Origin: Octopus sinensis
Lineage: Eukaryota
DNA: 64,000 nucleotides
Assembly (NCBI RefSeq): GCF_006345805.1
Contig: NC_043002.1
Location: 86,180,001 to 86,244,000 of the forward strand
Direction: 5' to 3'
Part shown: one piece after another, positions 1 to 12,291 of the stretch
How positions within the stretch are numbered: position 1 is the first letter of the stretch
Layout of the letters: each line of letters opens with the position of its first letter
The notes under the pieces: model-generated
Told to the model about the DNA's origin: nothing
The model's database searches: none
What the model saw: the letters and a program-made list of their open reading frames with translations, nothing else
Translations under genes and position numbers: made by a program

Positions 1-1694
1 AATGATGGAGATCTCTTGCAGCTGGTGTTCAGAGAGCTTACCACCCACACTAATACTATGGGATTTTTCATTGAGTGCTTTGCAACACATAACAGAAATA
101 TTAAAAGAGACGTTAAATATAAAGTTGTCTGTGCCTAAAGTGAAGAAAGGCCTTCCACAGGGTCAATCCCACTCTCTTATCATATGTACATACATACACT
201 AGATGGTATCTTACCATTTCTATCAATTAAATTTCTCTTACAAGATACTGGTTAACATAAGAGCCTAGAGTAGAAAACACCCAAGGTACATTACACCTTG
301 ACTGAAGTGCACAGTTGAAAAGCAAATTTCTTAACCAAATAGCTATAAATTCGTAAAGCACAAACCATTTATATTAACATTTTACTGATAATATTAACAA
401 ACATATATTTCCCATTACATTCAGATATTTTTGGCAAGGCAGATCTTGTTAAAAAAATGAAACTATGCGCAACCTGCTCTTCAGTTAACCAAGAAAATGT
501 ACGTGGTTTTGCATAGATTATTTTCATTCAAAATTAGTGATTCTTAGGAAAAGTATGTTTACTATAACTACAGCTACATCAGGTGTAAAGAACATTTGTA
601 AATATTTATATGTCTCCTGCTACCCTTTCTCTTCTCAACAGATTCTGTGTAGAATTTTATCCAGGATACTTAGGGAAAGCTATTGATTTTTCTTGTCTTT
701 TGTAATATGAATGGAAGAATAACCAATATTTATTGGTGTTTACATATAAATTTTATTATCTGTTTTTGAATAGTGTATGTATCTAATTTGCTTATATACT
801 ATAGATCTTTCTTTGTAGGAAACATTAAAGTACTTTTTATCCGAACTCATGTTGCTTAGAGAAAATCTTTTAAAACTGAAATTGTTGAAATTTTATGAAA
901 ACTATTTTTTTTTTAATTTTTCATTTTTATAAAGAACTGAAAGGAGAACATGAATGAGCTGAAGTAAACATTAGTTACAACTAAATTATAGCAGATTTAA
1001 ATAATCACTATTCTGGAATGATTAAAAGATGGAAAATGTAAGCATATTTATCAATCAGTTTGGCAAAATGTGAATATAACTTATTATAGACATATGCACC
1101 GCAAGTAATATAATCGATATTCAGATAAAGAATAAAATATGTAGTCATTATTACAAATTTCATGCTTACTATCACATATTAACCAGAGGAAAGTATTTAT
1201 TCACCGAGATCAAACAAGTTATTCTTTTGGAAAATTATCCAAGATCACAAGAAAGTGCAAATTTTCTGTTTTGAAGTAAACAAACAGAAACTTTAAAACT
1301 ATTGTTTTATGTCATTAAGTTTTGGCTTAATTTGATCAAGTAACCACAACTGAAAACTTTCATGAAGATCAGGAAAGAAAGGAAAATTAAAAAAAAGTAA
1401 TAAAACAGTGATTTTGGGGTTGCAGTAATGGAACTAGTACTTCAAGGTCCTAAGTTAGTTTGGAACCAGAGTAATGGTTTAAATTCTTACAATGGAAAAG
1501 ACTTTAGTAATGGCATTCAAGGGCTAGGTGATGGTGTTAAACTGTAGAACTATGTGTTTTTTCCCTTTTTGGTTTGATCTAGAGGGAGTGCCATGCCCAT
1601 AGCCTTTGCAGGCTCTTTGAGACTGGTGATATTTAGGTAGTTAGAGTTCCTTTTTAACAGTTGCAGGAAAGATAGTGTAAGGAATGAATTGCAA

Positions 1695-2160
1695 AGGACC
1701 AATATTGTGGAAGTGGCTGAATTTAGAGGGAGAAGGGAGAATTTTGAAAATGACCTGAGGTCTGGGCATCCTACAACTTCCACCACCAAGGAAAACATTG
1801 ACTGTGTTCACCATATGCTGATGGATGATAGGCAATGGATCAAATAGTCAATGCTATTAGCATATTCCAAAAGAGAGATGAGAATATTCTACACAATGAA
1901 CTGGGTGTGACAAAGGTTTCTAGTAGTCAAAAATGCACCAGGCTGATCAAATCACAGAAAAATTTGACATTGTTTGAGGTAGATCCAGCCAGTTTCCTTG
2001 AATTTTTCCTAAGCAGAATGAGTGTTGAGTTCATCACTTTGAGCTAGAGACAAAAAGACAATCCATGCAGTGAAAACACCCTTCCTCACCTGCTCCAAAG
2101 AAGACCAAGATCATTTCATTTGCAAGGAAGGTTTTTGGAGATGCAAAAGGCATTGTGTTT
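1695..2160 (+). mobile_element. Degenerate Tc1/mariner transposase remnant
   Basis: Frameshifted pieces translate as VAEFRGRRENFENDLRSGHPTT...ENILHNELGVTKVS...HHFELETKRQSMQ*KHPSSPAPKK...KVFGDAKGIVF, matching mariner EDxPRSGRP, HHFEPETKRQSMQW and VFWDAKG motifs; stops and frameshifts present. Confidence 0.85.
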
Positions 2161-2526
2161 TCCATCACATCTATATACATAACACACACACATGACATAT
2201 ACTGAGCTACTTTGGCTGATAGAAAAAGACAATGTATATTTTACATATGCAAATTACTTTCACAATGCAAACTACTGAGGTCCACAATGTAGGGTAATTT
2301 TTTCTACTGGATTTAAAATGGTATTAGAACATTATGCAAGTAGAATGCTTTTCTTTTCTTTTTTTTTTATTAACTTAGTCAGAAAAAGAATGACAGCACT
2401 CATGATATTTTCCCAGGTCTCCAAGATTGGTGTGATAAAGGAAATAAGTTATCTTCAGACCAGAAACCAGACCCAACTGCTTCAAACAGAGTGGAGTTTG
2501 TTAAATGTCTTAACTATATAGTGATA

Positions 2527-2822
2527 TGATGAAGTTAGAGGGATCTACAAGCTCTTAAGAATAATTACTAATATGCTCAAAGCATAAGAATAATAAAAAT
2601 AATTTTCAGGTCAGCCTCCTATTTTCTGGGAATTTAAAACAAGAACTCTTTGAAGCAGTTTAATTTCTGTGTATTCGTGTGTATGTGTGTGTAATCATTA
2701 TTATTGTCCTTGTTTTCCAATATTATTATCCTCTTTTCCATGCTTCATCGGTCAGACAGAGTTCATTACATAAATATAAATGGATATATTTACATACATA
2801 GATACACAGACTGACAGACAGT
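2527..2822 (+). repeat. Local duplicated segment, copy 1 (copy 2 at 5002-5270)
   Basis: tgatgaagttagagggatctacaagctcttaagaataattacta... recurs at 5002 with roughly 80% identity by eye. Confidence 0.85.
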
Positions 2823-3801
2823 GATACAGGTTAAGAAATGAACTAAGAATATTATTTAGATGTAGGAATTAGAATTAACTTAAATAAACTAAGAAAGTAT
2901 TCATGAAAGAAATATATTAAATAAATATAATTTAAAGTTCCTTTAGAAAGAAATTAAGTGAAATTAAAATAATAAGATCTTTCAGTTTGTAATCAATTAT
3001 ATTAAAAATTGTTACTGTTAAGAAAAGCCAATCATGTTTGGCACATAGGTAGACATTTAGAAAGCTTTTTTATAAGAAAATTTTGATTAGATTCAACAAA
3101 TTGGATAAAATGCTACATCTAATAAATTACTGGTAGCAATTTTACCAATTCTGGAATAACGAGAGGCTACATTTAATTTGCAATTCTAAATCATCACACT
3201 TTTCAATTATCAAATCAAGTTTAAACTTCTGTTATGAAGCTACTAACCCATCCAGAAACTAAATTAGAATTGAATGGAAGAAACAGTAAAATTAAGTAAG
3301 TACAAAGACTACACTGAAAGCAGGATTAAATGAAATTAAGCTTTTTGTTTGATTCATTAATCCATTACAAAAATTAGAAGAAAAAAAAGTAAATAAGCAA
3401 GATGAATTAAAGAATTATGATTGTAATGATTATTAATTCTATGGAATAATATTGGTCTTTATTTCTCATTGATCTCTTTACATTATTAATATATGACTGA
3501 TTTTTCAAAATTCATTTTGGTTTCTGTAGTCTAACAAAAATAAATAATAGAGATAATTTGCCTTCATTAGTGAATAGAAAAGATCTACAGTACCATCTGT
3601 AACAGCTGGTGAAAACATTCTGCACAGGAATATGATATAACCAGCAGCTCATATTTACATCACAATCGCAAAGTTCTAACTAGAATAAGAGCCACAGAAT
3701 TAAATATTCCAAATAGTGTGGTATGACAAACTGGTGCACTACAAGATCCCAAGTGTGAAGTGGATTTTTCTCAAGCTTTGTATAAGTGTTGTATAAATTC
3801 A

Positions 3802-4009
3802 GGCATGGGTGTATGGTTAAGAAGTTTGATTGCCAGCTACATGGCTTCAGATTCAGTCCCACTACATGGCACTTGTGGCAAGTGTCTTCTACTATAGCTC
3901 TGAGCTGACCAAAGTCTTGTAAGTGGATTTGGTAGACAGAAATTGAAAGAAGCCCATCATATATATATATGTGTGTGTGTGCGTGTAAAAACATATATGT
4001 ATGCATATG

Positions 4010-4076
<67 letters not shown>

Positions 4077-4198
4077 CTGTTTGTGATCCTCATCTTGATA
4101 CTGCATGGTAGATGGAAACAAGAGGGAGTTGGCAACTGGTTTCAGAAAATCTGCCTTAATGAATTCCATCTGACCCATGCAAGCAAGAGAAAGTGGAA
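3802..4198 (+). mobile_element. tRNA-derived SINE (CORE-like family) with internal (TA)(TG)n
   Basis: Head ggcatgggtgtatggttaag, body ggcaagtgtcttctactatagc...gaaagaagcccatc, shared with many copies in the window. Confidence 0.85.
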
Positions 4199-4343
4199 AG
4201 AGAAATACAGTGAAAGAAAGTGAATATGAAAGAAAAATAGTGTTGTATGCTTAGTAACTAACATGTTTTAATTGAAAACATGGGAATTTTAAGTGTAAGT
4301 CTGTCAACACAATGTAACACTGTCTTCAAAAAAGGAATATGTG

Positions 4344-4344
<1 letters not shown>

Positions 4345-4393
<49 letters not shown>

Positions 4394-4404
4394 GTAGTTA
4401 TTTT

Positions 4405-4437
<33 letters not shown>

Positions 4438-4450
4438 GTGTGTGTGTGTT
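4345..4450. repeat. Compound (TA)n(TG)n(GA)n microsatellite
   Basis: Seen directly. Confidence 0.95.
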
Positions 4451-5001
4451 TCTGTACGTCTTTCAACACACAGACAACACAACACAGACTTGAAAAAAAG
4501 ACTTTCACCTTGTACAATTTATGAAGGTTTGTGCATGATTAACAAATATTTTACCAGCAGTGCAACAATGGGTAATACCATAGCATTCATAATTTTGTAA
4601 CATCGAGTTATAATTATTAAGATAAAATGACCATAGTTTTCTACATTTATTTCTTAATTTTTAACTTTAAAACTGTTTTCTTTCCTTTAAACTTGCTATG
4701 CAAAGTGTACATATATTTTGTTTGATCATCTGCGTGCCACAAAGTCAAAAAAGATTGAGAACTACTAAGTAAGGCAGAAGAGAACGGGTTTATGGTGATG
4801 AAACTGAAAAAGCAAAGAAATATTGCCCTTTCTCATCTGACTAAGCCAGTGAAAAAAATTAATCTAAATTTATCTAAATGTAAAAGCACAGAAGGCTCAC
4901 TTTGTAAGACTGCAGATCAAAAATTACAAACTGGATGAAGCTTATTTCTATGATCTCTATAAAGTGCACACATATATATTTCATACCTGAATTGATTACA
5001 A

Positions 5002-5270
5002 TGATGAAGTTAGAGGAATCTACAAGCTCTTAGGAATAATTACTAAAATGCTCAAAGCATAAGAATAACAAAAGCAATATTCAGATAAGCCTCCTATTTC
5101 TGGGGATTCAAAATGAAAAGATTTTTGGGCAGTTTCTTGTGTGTGTGTGATCATTTTTATTGCTCTTGTATTAGTATCCTCTTTTCCATGCTTACGTGGG
5201 TCAGATGGAGTTCATGATATAAATACGAAAGTATATATTTACATGCATAGAGACACAGACAGAGAGATGC
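5002..5270 (+). repeat. Local duplicated segment, copy 2
   Basis: Homologous to 2527-2822. Confidence 0.85.
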
Positions 5271-5599
5271 TCAAGCTTTTATTGTGTACAGGATTTTAAT
5301 ACTTTTATACAACACAGACTATTAATATAATAAAAGTTAGTGAGTTCAATCCTAGCTTAAGCAATATGTAGATGTACATGACACTTGATGAGGAACAGAG
5401 GCTAAACTATTTTGAAAAAAGCTCTTTTTTTTAAAGTTAACTTGAAGACTTACATTAACAGAACTAATAATAAAGAATACATTACCAAAATAACCTTATC
5501 TTAAACATTCACACATATAACCAATGGAATTAGTTGAGATAATAGCAGTTATAAATTTTCATATAGCTATACAGGGAAGTTATCCATGGACAGAAAATT

Positions 5600-5911
5600 G
5601 TTGTTGTTGTTTGTTCCTTCTCGAGCCATGCCTGGCTCATAAGGGCCGGTTTCCCGGTTTCTTGGCGTATAGGTTCCCCACCTGGACGGGATGCTGGTCT
5701 GTCGCAGATGAGCTGCAAGATGCAGGAGGAAAGACTGAGAGAAAGTTGTGGCGAAAGAGTCAGCAGAAGTTTTGCCATTACCTTCTGCCGGAGCCACATG
5801 GAGCTTAGGTGTTTTCGCTCATAAACACACACATCACCCAGTCTGAGATTCGAACCCGCGATCCCTTGACCGCGAGTCCGCTGCTCTAACCACTAGGCCA
5901 TGTGCCTCCAC
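5600..5911 (-). mobile_element. Full-length tRNA-derived SINE with (AAC)n tail and TSD
   Basis: Minus-strand head tggcctagtggttagagc (A box) ... ggttcgaatc (B box); flanked by tggacagaaaatt (5587-5599) and tggacaggaaatt (5912-5924). Confidence 0.9.
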
Positions 5912-6322
5912 TGGACAGGAAATTAGAGAAACTTGAACTGGATTAAAGCATATAACAAAGAGAATATAAGCCAAGCAAATGCAGTTATGATGAGGCAAAT
6001 TTTCTTGAGGAAGCCTTCTGCATGAGGAACATATAGTTAAGTGTGAGTTATAATATAGTGAACAGAAGAATACAAAAATAATCAATTGAAATTACACCTC
6101 TAAAGAAAAAAGTCATTAGTTTTAATAGCAGCTAGAGAATATACAGAAAATTGCTCAGATTCAATTGGATTGAAAATTGAACAAGAGGCATGCAGTGTGG
6201 CATGTGTCTTATCCTTAGTGAATGTTATATTTGAAGTGGATAGAATTAAGTTGCCATATATTCATCTATAGCTATCATATTCATAGTGAATCATATACAA
6301 AAGAGAGAGGTGGATGAGATGG

Positions 6323-6793
6323 TGAACGCCTTACTTCCCTGGGCATGGACACATTGAAACTCCAACGTCTGGCAGCTGACTTGGCAGACATCCATAAAAT
6401 TATTAACCATCTTACAAACAATAACTCTGAGCACCTTTTCAAACTCCACCTGTCTAACACCCGTGGACATATTTACAAAGTCAGAAAACAGCACAGCTCC
6501 TTCCATGACTTTCGGAAACATTTTTTCATGCTAAGAGTTGCTGAAGCATGGAACAAACTGCCGGCATCAGTTGTTAGTTGTCGGAGCACTGCATCCTTCA
6601 AAACTTCCATGCTTCCTGAGATTCGCCAACACTACACCTGATTTTCTCCCCTCCATACACACGCAAGCATGTATCTGACTCATACACTGTTCGCTTTCCA
6701 GACATTTGTACATTACTGCATACACTTTATACGCACTTTCTGACAAGTCGTGGTGCACCTGAGCACTGTATACAATAATTTCATTATTATTAT
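6323..6793 (+). mobile_element. CR1-clade LINE 3' fragment
   Basis: ERLTSLGMDTLKLQRLAADL...TRGH...RKHFFMLRVAEAWNKLPASVV...SFK is the CR1 ORF2 C-terminus; 3' UTR and (ATT)n tail; sister copy at 44292-44921. Confidence 0.9.
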
Positions 6794-7088
6794 ATTATTT
6801 AAAGAATATAAAATATGATGCATTTGTCAAGAAAATTTTATCTTGTAATCTTGAGGATAAAGAAAAAATTAAGTGCATATGAAAAGTTTATAAGAAGTAT
6901 TTATTTATTTTACATTTTAGTCCAGAGTGGAAGGAATTTCCCATGAACATAAAAGATCCTTTAAGACTAATGTCATTGATAAGATTGATGAGTTTCCTGT
7001 AGGGATGTTGTGAGGAAGTCACCAAGGATAGAGGTCAGGCAATAAAAAAAGAGTTCTACTGAAAACAATATATACGAAAAACTTTTAA

Positions 7089-7316
7089 TTAACCCTTTCA
7101 TTACCAACCCGGCTGAATCTGGCTCTAGCTCTGAGTACAAATGTCTTGTTTTCATAAGTTTTGAATTAAAATCTTCCACCAAACCTTAGTCACAATTTAT
7201 GTTCCTAGCACTAGTTTAATGATAACTAAGTTATTTTACTAAATTCTTTGTTATATTTAAAGTAATTGAAAGAAACACAGAGCATTTCAAAATAAATATA
7301 GTAATGAAAGGGTTAA
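7089..7316. mobile_element. piggyBac-like MITE, family A
   Basis: Perfect inverted termini ttaaccctttcattac / gtaatgaaagggttaa, including TTAA target sites. Confidence 0.85.
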
Positions 7317-7637
7317 TTAAAGTTCTACCCCAACCCACTGAGAGGAAGTAAACAAATACATTGCAGTGACTGTCACAGACTCTCAAAATAAAGGGGAGAT
7401 AATTCCAAGAAATTTAGACAATCTTTATAAGTTATTTATATATTTAGTGGGAAGAAACTGATATATCTGTGATAGACAAACTGTCATTAACATTCCAGTA
7501 TACATCCTAAAAAAAGACATGTGAGTGACTGGTAAGTTTTCACTTGCTAACACACTACACCCATTTGGCAGGAGAAGGGAGTTCCTCTCCCTTTCTTGTC
7601 TCTTATATATCACTACTACAAATGACCCATGCTCCAC

Positions 7638-7856
7638 TAACACTTTAGCATTTAAACAGGCCATATCCAGTCCAAATATTCTAACTGTTTTATGAGCAAA
7701 CCAGCCAGATACAGCCTCTCACACTCACCCTGTAATGTCATTGTAAAAATAAACAGCCACATCGAAATCTCAAAGCTATGAGATGATGCATAATTAATTT
7801 AAAACAGGGTGAATAAATATCACATTTGATAGAGTAATCTGGATGTTAAAGGTTAA
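7638..7856. mobile_element. piggyBac-like MITE, family B
   Basis: Degenerate ttaaccctttagcatt-type termini; homologous copies at 44079-44290 and 62731-62938. Confidence 0.8.
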
Positions 7857-8008
7857 GATGTGTACCACTGAAATCCAGCTCATTCATTGTTACTCTTATT
7901 ATTCTTACTATTGTTCTTAACCTTTACTAAACACATCTTTTCAGCATTTATTACCAGTTTTCAACCAATTAAGAATTTTTTTGCATTCAGTCTTCATTAA
8001 AAAAAAAA

Positions 8009-8336
8009 CCCTTCAGTCATGAGTGACCATAGGACTGCACCTAGAGAGTTACCACCTGAGGCACAAGTCTGGGCAGGCTTGTTTATGGAAGACCAGTAGT
8101 TGCCCATGCATACCAGCTCCCGTCTCCGTGTCACTGATGTTATCCAAGGGAAAGGTAAAGGCCAATATTACTTGGGGCCATTGACATTACAACTCATTTC
8201 TACAGCTGAGTGAACTGGAGCAATGTGAAATAAAGTGTCTTGCTCAAGAAAACAACACACTGCCCAGTCCGGAAATTTAACTCACTACTTCATGATTGTG
8301 AGCCCAATACTCTAACCATTGAGCCATGCACCTTCA
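8009..8336 (-). mobile_element. tRNA-derived SINE (family with ttcttgagcaagacactttatttcac core)
   Basis: Reverse complement of the copy at 62053-62390. Confidence 0.85.
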
Positions 8337-9420
8337 TTATATCACTTCTTATTTATACAAATATGTACCATTAAGTTAATTTCCTCTGCCAATCTTATTT
8401 TTTAGTTATTAAATTATATTGGCCAAAAATTATTTGTTTACAGGCAACGGTACAGCAGGTTTCATTGTATTAGACCTCATCAGCATAGTATGGTATACTC
8501 AAACTTACTTGCTCAGATGAAAAAGATTTTTACAGAAAAAAGAGTTACAAGTAATTTTTGGTCAATATAATTTGATAATTAAAAAAAATTAACTGGACTA
8601 ACCCTAATGACATGAATCTGGATAAATAAAGAATGATGTGTTGAATGCTGGGTGCAAAAAGTTCTAAAGTGATTGAAATCCATTGATGAAAATTGGAGAG
8701 AAGTGTTTAGTGTAGGTTGAAATATAGTAAGGATAGGAGAAACTGAGCAAACTAGTTATCAATAGTACACTGTCTCTTATTTTAGAGGAACATGGACCAA
8801 TATAGGAATAAAAGAAACAGAGATGGAATTGCTCACTGTTGTTCAAGTGAGTTTAGAGTATTACCTGTAGTAGATGAAAACTTACCAATCAATCAGATGT
8901 CCCTTTTTATTTGTAACAAGATGAGAATTTCAGGAACACTTGAGGGGTGTCTAGTCTTATCTTGTCACATACAATAGTCGAAGAAAAAGAAACCAAAAAT
9001 CCAGCTGTCTTCAATAACAATAAATAACACTTTATTCTTCAGGTTCACAGGTAAAATATATACATATATATTTCTTAAGGGCGAACCGGCAGCCAAATCC
9101 ACAGGACTGTACGCAAATGTTCACTCGGGTAAGCCAAGAAGATACAGCGTTCGTTCCTGCTTCGAAGAGAGAGCTTCTCTGTGCATAGGGTTTTCCCTGA
9201 GAGAAGTTTTAGCCACGTCCGCTCGTTAGGGCTGCTCTTCCAAAAAGACTGATTTAACAGGTACACTTTCAGATTGCAGTTCCTGTGCAATTTATTTTAA
9301 TGCAGTCTTGAACTTTTGTGAATAATAGCTACTCCATCTCAGATATATTGGTGGCACTCTAGAAATTAGGCAACTGATTCATGAAAAAAGTATTCAGTAA
9401 ACATTGTAAAGTGGATAGTG

Positions 9421-9552
9421 TTAGGAAGTGCACCTGACTGTAGAAACCATGCTATATCTGATATTGGATCTCAATGCAACCCTGTGGCTCTCTGGGGCCT
9501 GTCAAACCATCCAACACACACCAGCATGAAAACTGAACATGATAACGATGAT
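9421..9552 (+). mobile_element. SINE/retroposon 3' tail fragment
   Basis: ctgtagaaacc...aaaccatccaac...gcatgaaaac...gatgat tail shared with 18035, 30652 and 32752. Confidence 0.6.
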
Positions 9553-11083
9553 TCAGTCAAAAGAATAACAATACTGCTTTAGTCAGATTCTCAAATGGTT
9601 AGAAGATATTGGTGTGATGCAGAAGAGAAAAAAAGATTTCTTGTATATTGGGATCTACAGAAATTATTTTTGTGGCAACTGAATAGGAAAAGAGATTTAA
9701 AGCAACAAAGGAAATGCTCAGGTTCTAACAGTGAAATCTTAAAACAAAATATAGCTAAGACACCATAAGGAGAGTTTAAGTTATAAATGGGTTTCTACCA
9801 AAGCTTAGTCTTTTGCATACATCTTTTGTCTCAGAGTTCTTGAAAGCATTATAAAAGAGCCAAAAAATTTGATAGATTCTGTGTACAATCAAGCAAGTTC
9901 TAATTGCAAAATTATTTGAGGCATTTAAAAAAAAAAGAGTTTAAAATATGAAAGAGTGAGCTTGATTTGAAGTCACTGAATTGAAAATAAAAAAATTCAA
10001 GTCAGTTCAAAACACAAAAGATTTTGTAACTAATAGTTAATAGAAGCTAAAATATTGTTCAACTTAAAGGAAGAATAAATCCTGAAGGCTGCTAATGTGA
10101 TGAACTGAATATTTAGATTATGATTTATTTTAAACTGTGTACTGAAGCTTGTGAATAATCACTTAATTACTACTCAGTTTGCTACCGTGCTCTCTGAGAT
10201 GTAGTTTCTAATCTATTTACTACTGTAGATCATACATAAAGATATGCAACATGTAATTATCTTAAATTTTTTTGAAAATTTCTATAATATTGAACACATA
10301 ACTGATTAATTTAGGGAGCTAGGCACATACTATATAAGAGGGCCATGGTAGCCCTATATTCTACCAAAGCTAAGATGTAATTAACATTGAATATTTACAG
10401 CATACTAGCAAAGTTGTAAAAGCAAAAAATTGTTTAACCTCTTCTCATGTACATGATCAATTCTGGTTCTCATGTTACAATATATATTTTAATACATATT
10501 TTTTTTACTAGAATCAGCATTTTACATTTTATGTTAAAAAAAATGGTATATATTGATCTATTTATCTATCTATTTTCATTGAACCATTTCCAAGTCTTGA
10601 CACATTATTTTAATAATTAGATCATTTAAATAACAGAACTTATGAATTATTCTAAACAATCCAATACAGTAGTCTCTAGCTTTCCTGCATCAACCACTCA
10701 CAAATGTTTCAATGCATTTAGCATACTTAAAATATTGGTTATAGTTTGAAAAATGATATTCAGCAATTTAGAAAAGATCAACTCAGTTTTTTTTTCTGTC
10801 TGCTATATTACATATAAAGCTATTTCTTATCCTTATTTAATCAGCTACTACATTTAGAATATCTCCCATTAGAAATTTTATAGAATAAGACTAATGTATT
10901 AAACTGAGATTTAATTTCTTTAATGACTATAATAGCATATACATTCTGTTCTTATTCTATTATAACTAAAGCTCTTTATATATTCTATTGCATGTCTGAG
11001 AATTCCTTGCAATTCTTAAACAGAGAGAATCTAGATACTATTTATATCAGTCCTAAAAATAAATTCATTTTAGAATATATATA

Positions 11084-11324
11084 TATATTAGAAAAAATGA
11101 GGTACTCAGAAATTCGAATGGTTTTATATTTACAGATATTTATTTGTATATTACATGTTTTATACATCATATAACTTATATCATATATCATATATTAGCG
11201 CTTTCTCCTATTCTAGTGGGGCTTTCAAATCGAACTAAGATGTATAAAAACATGTAATATACAAATAAATATCTGTAAATATAAAACCATCCGAATTTCT
11301 GAGTACCTCATTTCTTCTAATATA
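11084..11324. repeat. Long inverted repeat (foldback, MITE-like)
   Basis: Arms 11084-11168 and 11239-11324 are reverse complements with 2 substitutions and one 1-nt indel; 70-nt spacer; TA at the ends. Confidence 0.9.
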
Positions 11325-12255
11325 AAATACCTGTACATCATCTCCAAACCTTCTAACATATATATATATATAGTTTTATGAAATCTGCATCCACAAAAAT
11401 CAAATATGAGAAATTTTGAATATGAAGTAACATATCTGTATTTTTATCTGTTTAAATATTGATATATATAGTGCTCACAATATATAGCAACATTTAGAAT
11501 TTTCAAAATGCTTACATCAATATTTCTTTCAGATAAGTTAGTGTTAACATGTTTAATGCATGGAACAATCTAGAAATTAATGTGTGGAAAGAAAAACAAT
11601 ATTAAACAATGGGTAGTGCCATCCTTTTCTCTGTGTATATTTTCTACTAGTTAACTTTTTTGATAATGCTCCATACATTAAATATATTAACATTATTTTA
11701 GCTATTGTTTTTTAGTCAGATGCCATCTGTGAATTGTTTAATTGATTATTTTTTTATTATCTTTTTATTTAACTTAATGGAAAAAGTACATATATTGAAC
11801 ATCAGCTTAGATTTTGGATTAATTTAATAGCAAATTTTGATAAAATTTAGATTAAAGCAAACTCTGTATCTAAAAATTTTGGGTTCAACATATATGTAAT
11901 AATCATTTTGATGTTTTGTATCTGCATGAAGGCTACTACATCAGGTAAATTGCCAAAAAGAAAAAATAATTTTAAAAATCATTAAAAAGTACAAGGAAAA
12001 AATGAAAGATTTAGTAAGGGGATAAAACATTAGATTTATAAACACATGTAGATGTAGAGTTGTAATGTTCATGCTTTATGCCAGTGCAACAAGGTCACAC
12101 ATAAAATGAGCCCAATGGGGATTCTAAATTGGATTGTAAATTCAATTTATTAGCAGTGCTATATAGAGGAAATGAATAAAAATAGGGGAAAATAAGTAAT
12201 TAATCTCTAAGACTTTACAAAAATGTTGATCCCCTCAAACCACTTTTGAACTCCA

Positions 12256-12257
<2 letters not shown>

Positions 12258-12289
<32 letters not shown>
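12258..12289. repeat. (CT)n microsatellite
   Basis: Seen directly. Confidence 0.95.

Positions 12290-12291
<2 letters not shown>

Noticed and set aside
215-264. Minus-strand 50-nt exon-like segment
   Set aside because: Stops in all three frames
5524-5832. Overlapping 76-100 aa ORFs
   Set aside because: They fall within a GC-rich SINE; no protein motif
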